Positions 1-12,084 of a stretch of DNA of 64,000 nt are shown in pieces. The notes under the pieces are model-generated. The model was given only the letters and a program-made list of their open reading frames with translations, searched no databases and was not told the DNA's origin. A program made the translations under genes and the position numbers. Numbering within the stretch: position 1 is the stretch's first letter; each line of letters begins with the position of its first letter. This stretch comes from Mobula hypostoma (lineage: Eukaryota): assembly GCF_963921235.1 (NCBI RefSeq), contig NC_086097.1, positions 210,926,001-210,990,000 of the forward strand. The letters run 5' to 3'.

Positions 1-454
1 ATGAAAAACTGCCTCTAACCACAATCCATTATATGAGCTCATTATCTTATACTACCAGCAGTCTTTGCATTGGATAATGTGCACACATTTACAAAGTACC
101 CTAGGTGTGCGAACACATCCAAAGGCATTTCACTGTATGATCTGGACTCCTTTCAAAGATCTCAGATTATCAAAAAGGTTGAGGATTGGTGTAATTTATT
201 GGTTCATAAAGAAACACCGGTTTCACAAGACAATAAACTAATTTTGCCAATATATTTTGAAATAAAGAATCATGCAAGACACATAAAAACAGATCTGCAA
301 ATGATATAACATCTAGACCATTCAGTCAAATGATAAACAGTTCGAAGAATCTATCTTGATCATGGATAGCTTAATTGGTTTATTTCAAAGAGACTATCAA
401 ATATCCCATTGGTTCCTTATTACTTCAATTTGAATCAAAGGTGGTGATGAATTC

Positions 455-1345
455 ACATGTAAGAGGGAGATTGAAAATCCGGCTGAATGGTGCTCCAACA
501 ATAACCTCTCACTCAATGTTGCCAAGACAAAGGAGCAGATTATTAACTTCAGGAGGAGGAAACCAGGTCACGTCCTCATCGGAGGATCAGAGGAGGAGAG
601 GGTCAGTAACTTTAAATTCCTCAGCGTTAACATTTTGGAGTGTCTGTCCTGGGCCAAGCACGTAAGTGCAAATACAAAGAAAGCATGACATTGCCTCTAC
701 TTCATTAGGAGTTTGCTAAGATTTGGTATGACACCTAAAACTCACAGCCTGGTATGGAAGCATCTATATCCTTGAAGGGAAAATCCTACAAAAAGGCTCA
801 TTCCATCACAGGTAAAGTCCTTCCCACCATGGAGCACATCTACACGGAGGGTCGTTGTAAGGAAGCAGCATCCATCATCAGGGAACCCTATCACCCAGGA
901 CATTCTTTCTTTTCACTGCTGCTGTCAGGAAGAAGGTACAGGAGCTTCAGAACCCAAGTCACCGGGTCCAGGAAAAGATATTACCCCTCAAACATTAGAA
1001 TCTTGAACCAAAAGGGATAATTTAAATTAACTTCACTTTGGCCCATCACAGAAAAGTTCCCATGACCTATGCACTCACTTTCAAGGACTCTCTATCATAT
1101 GTTCTCAAAATTTATTGCTTATTTATTTATTATTATTATTAATTTCTTTTTGTACTGCACAATTTGTTGTCTTTCACAAATTGGTTGAATGTCTAAGTTG
1201 GTGTGATTTTTCAGTGACCTTATTAAGGTTATTATTCAGTTACGGATTTATTGAGTATGCCTACAAGTAAATGAATCTTATAGTCGTATATAGTGACATA
1301 TATGTACTTTATTAATCGATTTACTTTGAACTTTAAACTTTGAAT
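455..1345 (+). mobile_element. Rex1/Babar-clade LINE, 3' fragment
   Basis: Degenerate peptides LSLNVAKTKEQIINFRR and HPGHSFFSLLLSGRRYRS...IRILNQ (ORF 754..1020) are typical of the Rex1 RT C-terminus. 3' UTR ends in actttga/actttaa repeats. Confidence 0.8.
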
Positions 1346-1651
1346 TATTGGTGGTTCATTCACAAATATATGTGGACCTTGATGTACCTCCCAATGTCCA
1401 ATTCTGGCTGTACTCGGACAGTTCAACTGGATAAGATAATTTTCTGAACACACTGGTTTAATTAATAAGTGCTATCAGTTTCATAGTATTGATACCAAAA
1501 TGTTTCTTTCTTCCACCCAATTTCAAGCTACAGAGTATATTCACCTTCTCAGAGGAATGTAGCCAGGTTTTACATGGTTCTTTCAGACACACGGCAGCTG
1601 CTTTCAGAGATTTGGAGCTTCAGCTGGATAACTTCTTTTGTTCTTTCATCC

Positions 1652-4606
1652 TATTGGTAAATTGGATTAGACATTGGCTCGATGGAAGAAGCCAGAGAGT
1701 GGTGGTAGAGAATTGCTTCTCTGAGTCAAGGCCTGTGACTAGTGGTGTGCCACAGGGATCAGTGCTGGGTCCATTGTTATTTGTCATCTATATCAATGAT
1801 CTGGATGATAATGTGGTAAATTGGATCAGCAAGTTTGCTGATGATACAAAGATTGGAGGTGTAGTGGACAGTGAGGAAGGTTTTCAGAGCCTGCAGAGGG
1901 ACTTGGACCAGCCGGAAAAATGGGCTGAAAAATGGCAGATGGAGTTTAATACAGACAAGTGTGAGGTATTGCACGTTGGAAGGACAAACCAATGTAGAAC
2001 ATACAGGGTTAATGGTAAGGCACTGAGGAGTGCAGTGGAACAGAGGGATCTGGGAATACAGATACAAAATTCCCTAAAAGTGGTGTCACTGGTAGCTAGG
2101 GTCGTAAAGAGAGCTTTTGGTACATTGACCTTTATTAATCAAAGTATTGAGTATAAGAGCTGGAATGTTATGATGAGGTTGTATAAGGCATTGGTGAGGC
2201 TGAATCTGGAGTATTGTGTTAGTTTTACATAGAAAAAAAATAGGTGCAGGAGTAGGCCATTCGGCCCTTCGAGCCTGCACCGCCATTTATTATGATCATG
2301 GCTGATCATCCAACTCAGAACCCAGCCTTCCCTCCATACCCCCTGACCCCTGTAGCCACAAGGGCCATATCTAACTTCCTTTTAAACATAGCTAATGAAC
2401 TGGCCTCAACAGTTTGCTGTGGCAGAGAATTCCACAGATTCACCACTCTCTGTGTGAAGAAGTTTTTCCTAACCTCGGTCCTAAAAGGCTTCCCCTCTAT
2501 CCTCAAACTGTGACCCCTCGTTCTAGACCTCCCCAACATCGGGAACAATCTTCCTGCATCTAGCCTGTCCAATCCCTTTAGGATCTTATACGTTTCAATC
2601 AGATCCCCCCTCAATCTTCTAAATTCCAACGAGTACAAGCCCAGTTCATCCAGTCTTTCTTCATATGAAAGACCTGCCATCCCAGGAATCAATCTGGTGA
2701 ACCTTCTTTGTACTCCCTCTATGGCAAAGATGTCTTTCCTCAGATTAGGGGACCAAAACTGCACACAATACTCCAGGTGTGGTCTCACCAAGGCCTTGTA
2801 CAACTGCAGTAGTACCTCCCTGCTCCTGTACTCGAATCCTCTCGCTATAAATGCCAGCATACCGTTCGCCTTTTTCACCGCCTGCTGTACCTGCATGCCC
2901 ACTTTCAATGACTGGTGTATAATGACACCCAGGTCTCGTTGCACCTCCCCTTTTCCTAATCGGCCACCATTCAGATAATAATCTGTTTTCCTATTTTTGC
3001 CACCAAAGTGGATAACTTCACATTTATCCACATTAAATTGCATCTGCCATGAGTTTGCCCACTCACCCAACCTATCCAAGTCACCCTGCATCCTCTTAGC
3101 ATCCTCCTCACTGCTAACACTGCCACCCAGCTTCGTGTCATCCGCAAACTTGGAGATGCTGCATTTAATTCCCTCATCCAAGTCATTAATATATATTGTA
3201 AACAACTGGGGTCCCAGCACTGAGCCTTGCGGTACCCCACTAGTCACCGCCTGCCATTCTGAAAAGGTCCCGTTTATTCCCACTCTTTGCTTCCTGTCTG
3301 CTAACCAATTCTCCACCCACACCAATACCTTACCCCCAATACCGTGTGCTTTAAGTTTGCACACTAATCTCCTATGTGGGACCTTGTCAAAAGCCTTTTG
3401 AAAATCCAAATATACCACATCCACTGGTTCTCCCCTATCCACTCTACTAGTTACATCCTCAAAAAATTCTATGAGATTCGTCAGACATGATTTTCCTTTC
3501 ACAAATCCATGCTGACTTTGTCCGATCATTTCACCGCTTTCCAAATGTGCTGTTATCACATCCTTGATAACTGACTCCAGCAGTTTCCCCACCACCGACG
3601 TTAGGCTAACCGGCCTATAATTCCCCGGTTTCTCTCTCCCTCCTTTTTTAAAAAGTGGGGTTACATTAGCCACCCTCCAATCCTCAGGAACTAGTCCAGA
3701 ATCTAACGAGTTTTGAAAAATTATCACTAATGCATCCACTATTTCTTGGGCCACTTCCTTAAGCACTCTGGGATGCAGACCATCTGGCCCTGGGGATTTA
3801 TCTGCCTTCAATCCCTTCAATTTACCTAACACCACTTCCCTACTAACATGTATTTCGCTCAGTTCCTCCATCTCACTGGACCCTCTGTCCCTTACTATTT
3901 CTGGAAGATTATTCAAGTCCTCCTTAGTGAAGACAGAACCAAAGTAATTATTCAATTGGTCTGCCATGTCCTTGCTCCCCATAATCAATTCACCTGTTTC
4001 TGTTTGCAGGGGACCTACATTTGTCTTTATCAGTCTTTTCCTTTTTACATATCTATAAAAGCTTTTACAGTCCGTTTTGGTCACCAAATTACAGGAAGGA
4101 TATTAATAAGGTTGAAAGAGTGCAGAGAAGGTTTACAAGGATGTTGCCGGGACTTGAGAAACTCAGTTACAGAGAAAGGTTGAATAGGTTAGGACTTTAT
4201 TCCCTGGAGCATAGAAGAATGAGGGGAGATTTGATAGAGGTATATAAAATTATGATGGGTATAGATAGAGTGAATGCAAGCAGGCTTTTTCCACTGAGGC
4301 AAGGGGAGAAAAAAACCAGAGGACATGGATTAAGGGTGAGGGGGGAAAAGTTTAAAGGGAACATTAGGGGGGGCTTCTTCACACACAGAGTGGTGGGAGT
4401 GTGGAATGAGCTGCCAGACGAGGTGGTAAATGCGGGTTCTTTTTTAACATTTAAGAATAAATTGGACAGATACATGGATGGGAGGTGTATGGAGGGATAT
4501 GGTCTGTGTGCAGGTCAGTGGGACTAGGCAGAAAATAGTTCGGCACAGCCAAGAAGGGCCAAAGGGCCTGTTTCTGTGCTATAGTTTCTATGGTTCTATG
4601 GTTCTA
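1652..4606 (+). mobile_element. CR1 LINE 3' part (family A), split in two (1652-2226 and 4074-4606) by a younger CR1
   Basis: RT motifs SGVPQGSVLGP and KFADD in ORF 1489..2232. The frame stops at LEYCV and resumes at FWSPNYRKD (ORF 4021..4527). Tail is (TTCTATGG)n at about 4586-4606. Confidence 0.9.
2227..4073 (-). mobile_element. Young CR1 LINE (family B), 5'-truncated, with an uninterrupted RT reading frame
   Basis: ORF 2315..4087 (590 aa) carries KSPGPDG, NYRPVSLTS, YLDFQKAFD, GVPQGSVLGP, FADD and the CR1 C-terminal FFTQRVVNLWNSLP. Flanked by gtttt at 2222-2226 and 4074-4078. Confidence 0.95.
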
Positions 4607-4669
4607 TTTCTTCATAGTTCTCTTTCTTTCACTGTGTTTTGCCACAACTAAAATATTCCCTTATATATC

Positions 4670-5115
4670 TCTCTGGCTATCCATCCCATAGGATGATGAT
4701 GGTTCCTTGTAGTTTTCTAAAAGGAACAGTGTGTGCGTGAGTGGATTTTAAGTGAGTAGGGGGTTGCACAGGTCCAGACCCACCCTCTCAACATCTCCTT
4801 CCAGATCCAGCGGTGTGGTGGGGTCCAAGACAGCTGGGGGACGTTTAGTTGCAGTGAATGGCCAGACGAAGCTTCGATGCAAGGGATGCCCTTTCCACAC
4901 TTCATGGCACGTGTGTGCTAGATGGCCGTTGACCCTTTGAGAGGGTTAATCCGCCCTTTGACAAGTCTTGTTTTTCGTCCTGCAGGGTGTCTAGCCACCC
5001 CCCTCACCAGGCAAGCCTGGTGGGGGAGCCAGTTTAGTCACCGACCACTCGACCATGCAACAGGTAGTATTGGGTTACATGGTACCAGTAGCACTCAGAC
5101 CAGTGACCTGACAGC
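4670..5115 (-). repeat. Unclassified GC-rich interspersed element, possibly a non-autonomous derivative of an RTE-group 5' UTR
   Basis: Sharp GC/CpG-rich island in AT-rich context with no credible ORF. Contains a perfect hairpin that reads CACCAGG-CTTG-CCTGGTG on the minus strand (about 5005-5022). Confidence 0.4.
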
Positions 5116-5624
5116 AAGTGACTTATATATTTGAGTGGTGAATATATGCATTAATATTGAAGTTTATAATCCCAAAAATAATCCATGGTCTAACTTTTGA
5201 CACATAATTGATAGTATATTTAAATCGCAAACTTATTATTTAACAAAATTATTACTAAATCGAGGAGTCTTCAAACACTCACTGAGAGGTGGCCTTTAAG
5301 AAGATCTCAGAGGTGCTGGAATGGAAAGATTTAAAATGGGCATTTCCAGTCATGGACCCTGAGAGATTGAAGCATGGTTAACAATAGTTGCGCAAAAAAA
5401 GTGAACTTCTGAGTCAGATGACCAGCGAATTCAAGAATGAGGGTGGTGTGCTGCGCTGCGAGGGTACAAGTTATTACAAATTAAGTTAAGAGTGAAGCTA
5501 TGGACTTTTTATAACATGCACATTCTACTCCATGCACTTGGGAAAATGAAGGGCACATGCTATGGAAAAACCATAGCATGATTTATAAAGCATCAATTCT
5601 AAGATCACTCATTTTATTGACAGA

Positions 5625-7572
5625 ACATATCACATAGAACAGTACAGGTCAGGAATAGGCCCTTTAGTCCACAGTTCTGTGCTGCAACAATTGTTGGTAA
5701 TCAAGTGGCTAACTAAACTAATCCCTTCTGCCTACACAATATATATATATATATATCCATCCATTTTACTCACATTCATGCCTATCTAAACATCACTTAA
5801 AATTCCCTAATGTACCTACCTCTACCACCAACCCAGGCAGCACATTCCAGGCACCCACCACTCTCTGTGTAATAAACTTGCCCCTCATCCCCTTTAAAAT
5901 TAACCCCTCTCACCTTAAATGCATTAGGCATTTCAACCCATGGAAAAATATACTGTTTATCGACTCTATGTATGCCTCTCATAATCTTATAAACCTCTAT
6001 CAGATTTTCCCTCAGCCTTTGCCACTCCAGAGAAAGCATCTCAGCTTTGTCCTACCTCTCATTTTAGCACATGCCCTCTAATCCAGGCAGCATACTGGTA
6101 AACTTCTTCCTCACACGCTCCAAAGCCTCAACATAGAAACATAGAAACATAGAAAATAGGTGCAGGAGTAGGCCATTCGGCCCTTCGAGCCTGCACCGCC
6201 ATTGATTATGATCATGGCCGATCATCCAACTCAGAACCCCGCCCCAGCCTTCCCTCTATACTCCCTGACCCCTGTAGCCACAAGGGCCATATCTAACTCC
6301 CTCTTAAATATAGCCAATGAACTGGCCTCAACTGTTTCCTGTGGCAGAGAATTCCACAGATTCACCACTCTCTGTGTGAAGAAGTTTTTCCTCATCTCGG
6401 TCCTAAAAGGCTTCCCCTCCATCCTCAAACTGTGGCCCCTCGTTCTGGACTTCCCCAACATCAGGAACAATCTTCCTGCATCTAGCCTGTCCAATCCCTT
6501 TAGAATTTTATACGTTTCAATCAGATCCCCCCTCAATCTTCTAAATTCCAACGAGTACAAGCCCAGTTCATCCAGTCTTTCTTCATATGAAAGTCCTGCC
6601 ATCCCAGGAATCAATCTGGTGAACCTTCTTTGTACTCCCTCTATGGCAAGGATGTCTTTCTTCAGGATAGGGGACCAAAACTGCACACAATACTCCAGGT
6701 GTGGTCTCACCAAGGCCTTGTACAACTGCAGTAGTACCTCCCTGCTCCTGTACTCGAATCCTCTCGCTATAAATGCCAGCATACCATTCGCCTTTTTCAC
6801 CACCTGCTGTACCTGCATGCCCACTTTCAATGACTGGTGTATAATGACACCCAGCTCTCGTTGCACCTCCCCTTTTCCTAATCGGCCACCATTCAGATAA
6901 TAATCTGTTTTCCTATTTTTGCCACCAAAGTGGATAACTTCACATTTATCCACATTAAATTGCATCTGCCATGAATTTGCCCACTCATCCAGCCTATCCA
7001 AGTCACCCTGCATCCTCTTAGCATCCTCCTCACAGCTAACACTGCCACCCAGCTTCATGTCATCCGCAAACTTGGAGATGCTGCATTTAATTCCCTCATC
7101 CAAGTCATTAATATATATTGTAAACAACTGGGGTCCCAGCACTGAGCCTTGCGGTACCCCACTAGTCACCGCCTGCCATTCTGAAAAGGCCCCGTTTATT
7201 CCCACTCTTTGCTTCCTGTCTGCTAACCAATTCTCTACCCACACCAATACCTTACCCCCAATACCGTGTGCTTTAAGTTTGCACACTAATCTCCTGTGTG
7301 GGACCTTGTCAAAAGCCTTTTGAAAATCCAAATATACCACATCCACTGGTTCTCCCCTATCCACTCTACTAGTTACATCCTCAAAAAATTCTATGAGATT
7401 CGTCAGACATGATTTTCCTTTCACAAATCCATGCTGACTTTGTCGGATGATTTCACCGCTTTCCAAATGTGCTGTTATCACATCCTTGATAACTGACTCC
7501 AGCAGTTTCCCCACATGCTTCCTATAATGGGACAGCCAGAACTGTGTACAATGCTACAGATGTGGTCTAACT
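5625..7572 (-). mobile_element. Older CR1 3' fragment (5625-6134 and 7512-7572) interrupted by a family-B copy
   Basis: ORF 5797..6039 (LRENLIEVYKIMRG) is a CR1 C-terminus. Host sequence caaagcctcaacat resumes as ccacatgcttcctataatgg after the insert. Confidence 0.8.
6135..7514 (-). mobile_element. Young CR1 LINE (family B), 5'-truncated copy 2
   Basis: ORF 6231..7514 (427 aa) is nearly identical to the C-terminal part of ORF 2315..4087. Tail reads (agaaacat)n on the + strand at about 6131-6153. Confidence 0.95.
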
Positions 7573-8389
7573 ATTTCCGATCTGCAGCCATGAAATAATG
7601 ACTAAAATTAGTCTTAAGTAACTGCAGTAGCTATCTTAAAAGCAATTTCTTCAGGTCTTTATCAATAATATTATGAGCAATTTTTGCATGAGGTTATATT
7701 GTTTAGTCATGGAACCAGGATTAGACTAATATTAACATAAAAGTATATCATGTAGAAAGCAAATTATTACATGTGTGCACAAGAAAGACTGAAAACTATC
7801 TTATTTATACAAAATTTAACTCCTGACAAAATTGCTATACTTGAGCACCCTGAATTGTCAATCATTTCTGCCAAATATCATTCTTATATCCTTTATGTGA
7901 AGGCTGTATATACAACCATCCATACTCTCCATGCTGTTCCTAATTGCAGTAAAAGTCCAGCAGACATAATTGCCCTATCAGAGCCAGTTTAACCATTAAA
8001 AATAGCAATTTCATTTTATTTGTCATTTAATAGGGTTAAAATTTTCTCAGCTTTTTATTGCTTCTACCTCTTTGTCCATTAGTTATGTGGACAAGAGGAA
8101 TTGAGCCATAATTTCTTTATTACTGATTAATGAAGTGCGTGGGAAGGCAGATGGTGAGTGAATTACTTAGCTGGAGTTTTTTTTTGTTTTCCTTCAAAAT
8201 CCATTTCAGATCTTTTCATCCAATATATAATCAGTTTGATTTTAAACATGTCCCCCTTAATGGGGCACATGATCAGGGAAATTTAGACTCAAATAATATG
8301 TCAATTTGTCCCAAAATCTGTATAAAAATATAACTAATTGGATATTTTATCAAATGGACCAATGTAAAAAGTCAGTAGAAGACAATACT

Positions 8390-8822
8390 TTACAAATGCA
8401 ATTATAAATGCTGGAGGAAGTTAGCAGGTCAGGCAGCATCTATGGAAATGAATTAACAGTCAATGACCCTTCGTTAAAAAGGAAGGGGGGATGATGCCGG
8501 ATTAAAAAGGTGGGTGGGAGGAGAAGGAGGACAAGCTAGAAGGTGGAGGAGGAGGATGAAGTAAGAAGCTGAGAGGTGATAAGTGGAAAAAGCAATGGTC
8601 TGGAGACGAAGGAATCTGCTAGGAGAGGAGAGTGAACCATGCCAGAAAGAAGAGAAGGAGGGACACCAGGGTGATAAGCAAGGGAGGATATGAAGTAAGA
8701 GGCCACAGTGGGGAATAGAAGAAGAGGGAAGGGGGAGAGAAAACATTACTGGAAAGAGAAATCGATGTTCATGCCATCAGGTTGGAAGCTTCTTAGACCG
8801 AACATAGAGTGATGCTCCTCCG
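8390..8822 (-). mobile_element. Penelope-like element 3' fragment (GIY-YIG C-terminus plus 3' repeat)
   Basis: Minus strand near 8755-8821 reads EEHHSMFGLRSFQPDGMNIDFS, resembling the C-terminus of vertebrate Penelope endonucleases. A pyrimidine tract follows, then the aatgctggagga...caggtcaggcagcatctatgg unit shared with the short hairpin elements. Confidence 0.7.
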
Positions 8823-8884
8823 CCCTGTTTATAGTTTAGAATATCTTAAAAGGTTCCCACATGACTACTTATGTGTAGGCATAG

Positions 8885-9215
8885 AGATGTGGATGGTAAA
8901 GCTGCCACCTCTCAGCTTCAGCAAGGTGAACCCTCACCTCAGGTGATGTTCGTGTAAACTTTGCATGTTCTCTCTGTGGCTGCATGGGGCTTCTCTGGTA
9001 CACTGGTTTCCCCAACATACCCTAAAGACTTGTAAGTAGGGAAGTTAATGATCACCATAAATTAGCTCTGGTGCAGGTTAGTGGTAAAATCTGGAGGGAG
9101 TTAAAGAGAATATGGGTAGAATAGGTTACTGAGAGAAATTGAGAGACACTGTAGGGAATGAGATTGCTCTAACAGTCAGCTCAATGGGCCAAAATGGCCT
9201 CTTCCTGTGTTATAT
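8885..9215 (+). mobile_element. tRNA-derived V-SINE (HE1-like), degenerate
   Basis: V-domain-like tttgcatgttctctctgtggctgcatgggg...ctggtttccc, followed by a CR1-like 3' tail tgggccaaaatggcctcttcctgtg. Confidence 0.6.
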
Positions 9216-10544
9216 GGAAATGTGATAAATAACAAAATATTTTATATGAGGCAATGATTGAAGATTGAGGCTCATAAAATTATGACAATGACGGGTAGAA
9301 AAGCAAGCAAGAGAGCAGATAATTGAACGAACAAGGTCCACAAATTTCAGACATAAGAATATCTCTCCAAGAGCACTAGTGTTTATAGATTTTAACAATG
9401 GTATAGAAGTAGTTCCCCTTTCTCTCTATTGTGTGATTTATTCTTTTCTACTGTAACCTCACATTACATGGGAAGGACGCTCAATTGCTGTGAAATACAG
9501 ACAATTAATTAACCAAAAACTCATTTGTATTACTGAAACACTTTCACTCCTTTTATTTCAATGATTATTATCAATAGGGAATAAGGTTGTATCTACCAGC
9601 TTTGTATTAAATATAAATGGGTAAAAGTTGGAAGTACAGAGCTAACTACTCTCATTTTCAAGAATTTTACTTACTAACATAAAACTGCGGAATTCATTTG
9701 CATTTGGCATTTTTGTTCCATTGCTTATTTTTCCTTTCCCATTTCAGGACAATGTATTTTCTCATAAACTCATTTGGCACTACTAATGACTGCCACAAAA
9801 ATATCAGCAAAGCGGTACATATGATGAATTAAATAGGATTTCACGGCATTCCTTTCATCTTCTGCTTCTTTTTCTATCCACATCTGCACTTCCAAGATCA
9901 ATGTATCATGCTAATATATAGATCCTGGGCTGCCTTCAAAGCATAACGAATTATCTTAATTGATCAAAACATATCCGCTTCAGTTCTGAGGTAATTGGGT
10001 TTAAAAAAACTACATATATACCATTTCTCTGGGGTTCCTTGAAGCTCTTGTTAAGGTTATGAGACAATGACCAAACTATTGAATGTTGTGGAGAGATCAA
10101 AGATTAGCAGTGAAACTTCACATCATGGAGTAATTGATTTTTCCCTATAAACTTTGATGTTTTATGAAGGGACACACAGTGTATTATGATAAAGAAAAAC
10201 GCTTCTGAAAGTAAACAAGTGGTTATAATGATGTGGGTTGTGAATAATTAAACTTTCAGTGCGAACAAAATAAAGATTAATAGGTACAAAGAACTTACAG
10301 TAAAGTTGAATAATATTTGATAAAGTTTAATCTTCAAATATCTTGGTCACAGTTAGGTCAGGGAGTAATTGAGGAATAAATAGCTACATACAGTATAGAG
10401 CATTCCATCTTCAAAGAATTTAGAAATAGATATATTGTTATTTTATATAAGACATCTACTTTTGATGTAGACAGAGTAGATGGGAAGTGGATGATGGTTT
10501 TCAAAAATATTCAGAGTTCGCAAGTTATAGAAACAGCGATATCA

Positions 10545-11330
10545 CTGTCTGGTGAAAAGTCAGCATATGGGGGGAATAATAGAAATCTGGCTGAGTTGTG
10601 TCATAACAACCTCTCGCTCAATGCCAGCAAGACCAAGGAGATGAATATTGACTTCAGAAGGAGAAAAACCGGAGGCACATGAGCCAATTGTCACTGGGGG
10701 ATCAGAGGTGGAGAGGGTCAACAACTTTATATTCCTTGGTGTTATCATTTCAGAGACCTGTCCTGGGCCCAGCAATTATGAAGAAAGTACAGCAGTGCCT
10801 CTGCTTCCTCAGGAGTTTTTGAAGATTCAGCACGACACCTAAAACTTCTGACAAACTTCAATACATGTGTGGTAGCGAGTATATTGACTGGCTTCCTCAC
10901 AGCTTCATCATGAAGAAGGTATAGGAGCCTCAGGACTCACACCATCAGGTACAGGAACAGTTATTACCCCTCAACCATCAGACTCTTGAACCAAAGGGGT
11001 ACCCTCACTCAGCTTCACTTTCCCCACTGCTGAACTGTTCCCACAACCTATGATTTCATTTTCGAGGACTCGTGGTTTTGATATGTATCGCTTATTTACT
11101 TAACCATCTATTTTTCTATCTATTTGCTTATTGCTATTTATTTATTTACTTATTTATTTTTGTGCTTTCTCAGTTTGTTGTCTTTTGCACACTGGCTGTA
11201 TACCCAGTTTGTGTGGTCTTGCATTGATTCTATTATGGTTATGGGATTTATTGAGTATGCCCAAAGAAAATGAAACTCAGGGTTGTACTTAGATACCAAA
11301 TTCACCTTAAATTTCATGTCCTGGACTTTC
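10545..11330 (+). mobile_element. Rex1/Babar LINE 3' fragment with an internal deletion
   Basis: Peptides NNLSLNASKTKEMNIDFRRRK and EVERVNNFIFLGVIISE. 3' UTR is similar to that of 455-1345. Confidence 0.8.
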
Positions 11331-12084
11331 AAACTCAGCTCACATGCCCCTTTATCATAAGGTAAAGTTTGAAGATATGATAAACAAAAATACAATTTCT
11401 ATTCAATTTTTCCAGTTAAAGAGGAGAATTAGAATGGGGACAGGATGCAGAAAAAACAACTCTCTCAAAGTGTGGCACAACAGGATAAGTTTGGGAATCT
11501 CTTACACAAGTCACCATTGAACTCTGGAGACACAAATGACTGCAGATGCAGTAAAGTGGTGCGGAAAACAAAGTGCTACAACCATTCCACCTGTCGAGCT
11601 GCAACCGTGGAGGTGACAGCACGACAACATTTCAAATCAAGTATCATGATAGGAAGTAACTTTGAAATAAACAGGTGAATAAACATGACAATGAAATCTG
11701 ACCTATGTGCTGCACTCTGAAATTTCCAGAAGTGATGTTAAACATGTTGCTACTGAAGAAAGGAAAGGAGTTGAATATAATAGGAATCATTATAGAAGAT
11801 GAGGGATCAGGTCTTTACTTTTCCCAAATGGGCTAGAAATACCTCCTATAAAGTAGGTTTTGACTGACCATTCATATTGCTGCCAATTTGTGGATATGAT
11901 TATTTACAGCACATTTTTCTAAATGAGATTATCAATTTTGAGCACGTGATTTTTTGACCCTTTGGTAAAGCTAATAAATAATGCACAATTTAGCCACTGA
12001 CAGAAAGAGAATTATAGAATTGTTACAGCATGTTTGAGGTCCCTTAGCCAGTTGGCTCCATATTGGCTCTTTGTACATATAACA

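Noticed and set aside
1489..2232. 247-aa ORF with a novel N-terminus
   Set aside because: Chance read-through from flanking DNA into a CR1 fragment, with no ATG start or splice support.
2315..4087. 590-aa ORF as a host gene or domesticated RT
   Set aside because: It is a 5'-truncated CR1 ORF2. Its annotated start comes from the flanking element and it lacks the endonuclease domain.
5739..5756. (TA)n and other short microsatellites
   Set aside because: Ordinary simple repeats, mostly retroelement tails or internal slippage.
6202..6900. 232-aa plus-strand ORF and similar antisense ORFs (2697..2978, 2997..3401, 6919..7323, 44084..44350, 44633..44959)
   Set aside because: These are shadow frames on the opposite strand of CR1 RT. 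They recur only because the LINE recurs.
11416..11680. Plus-strand exon-like segment (ttttccag| ... CAG|gtgaat)
   Set aside because: No frame is open across it, the peptide is unrecognisable, and it is on the opposite strand to the best exon.
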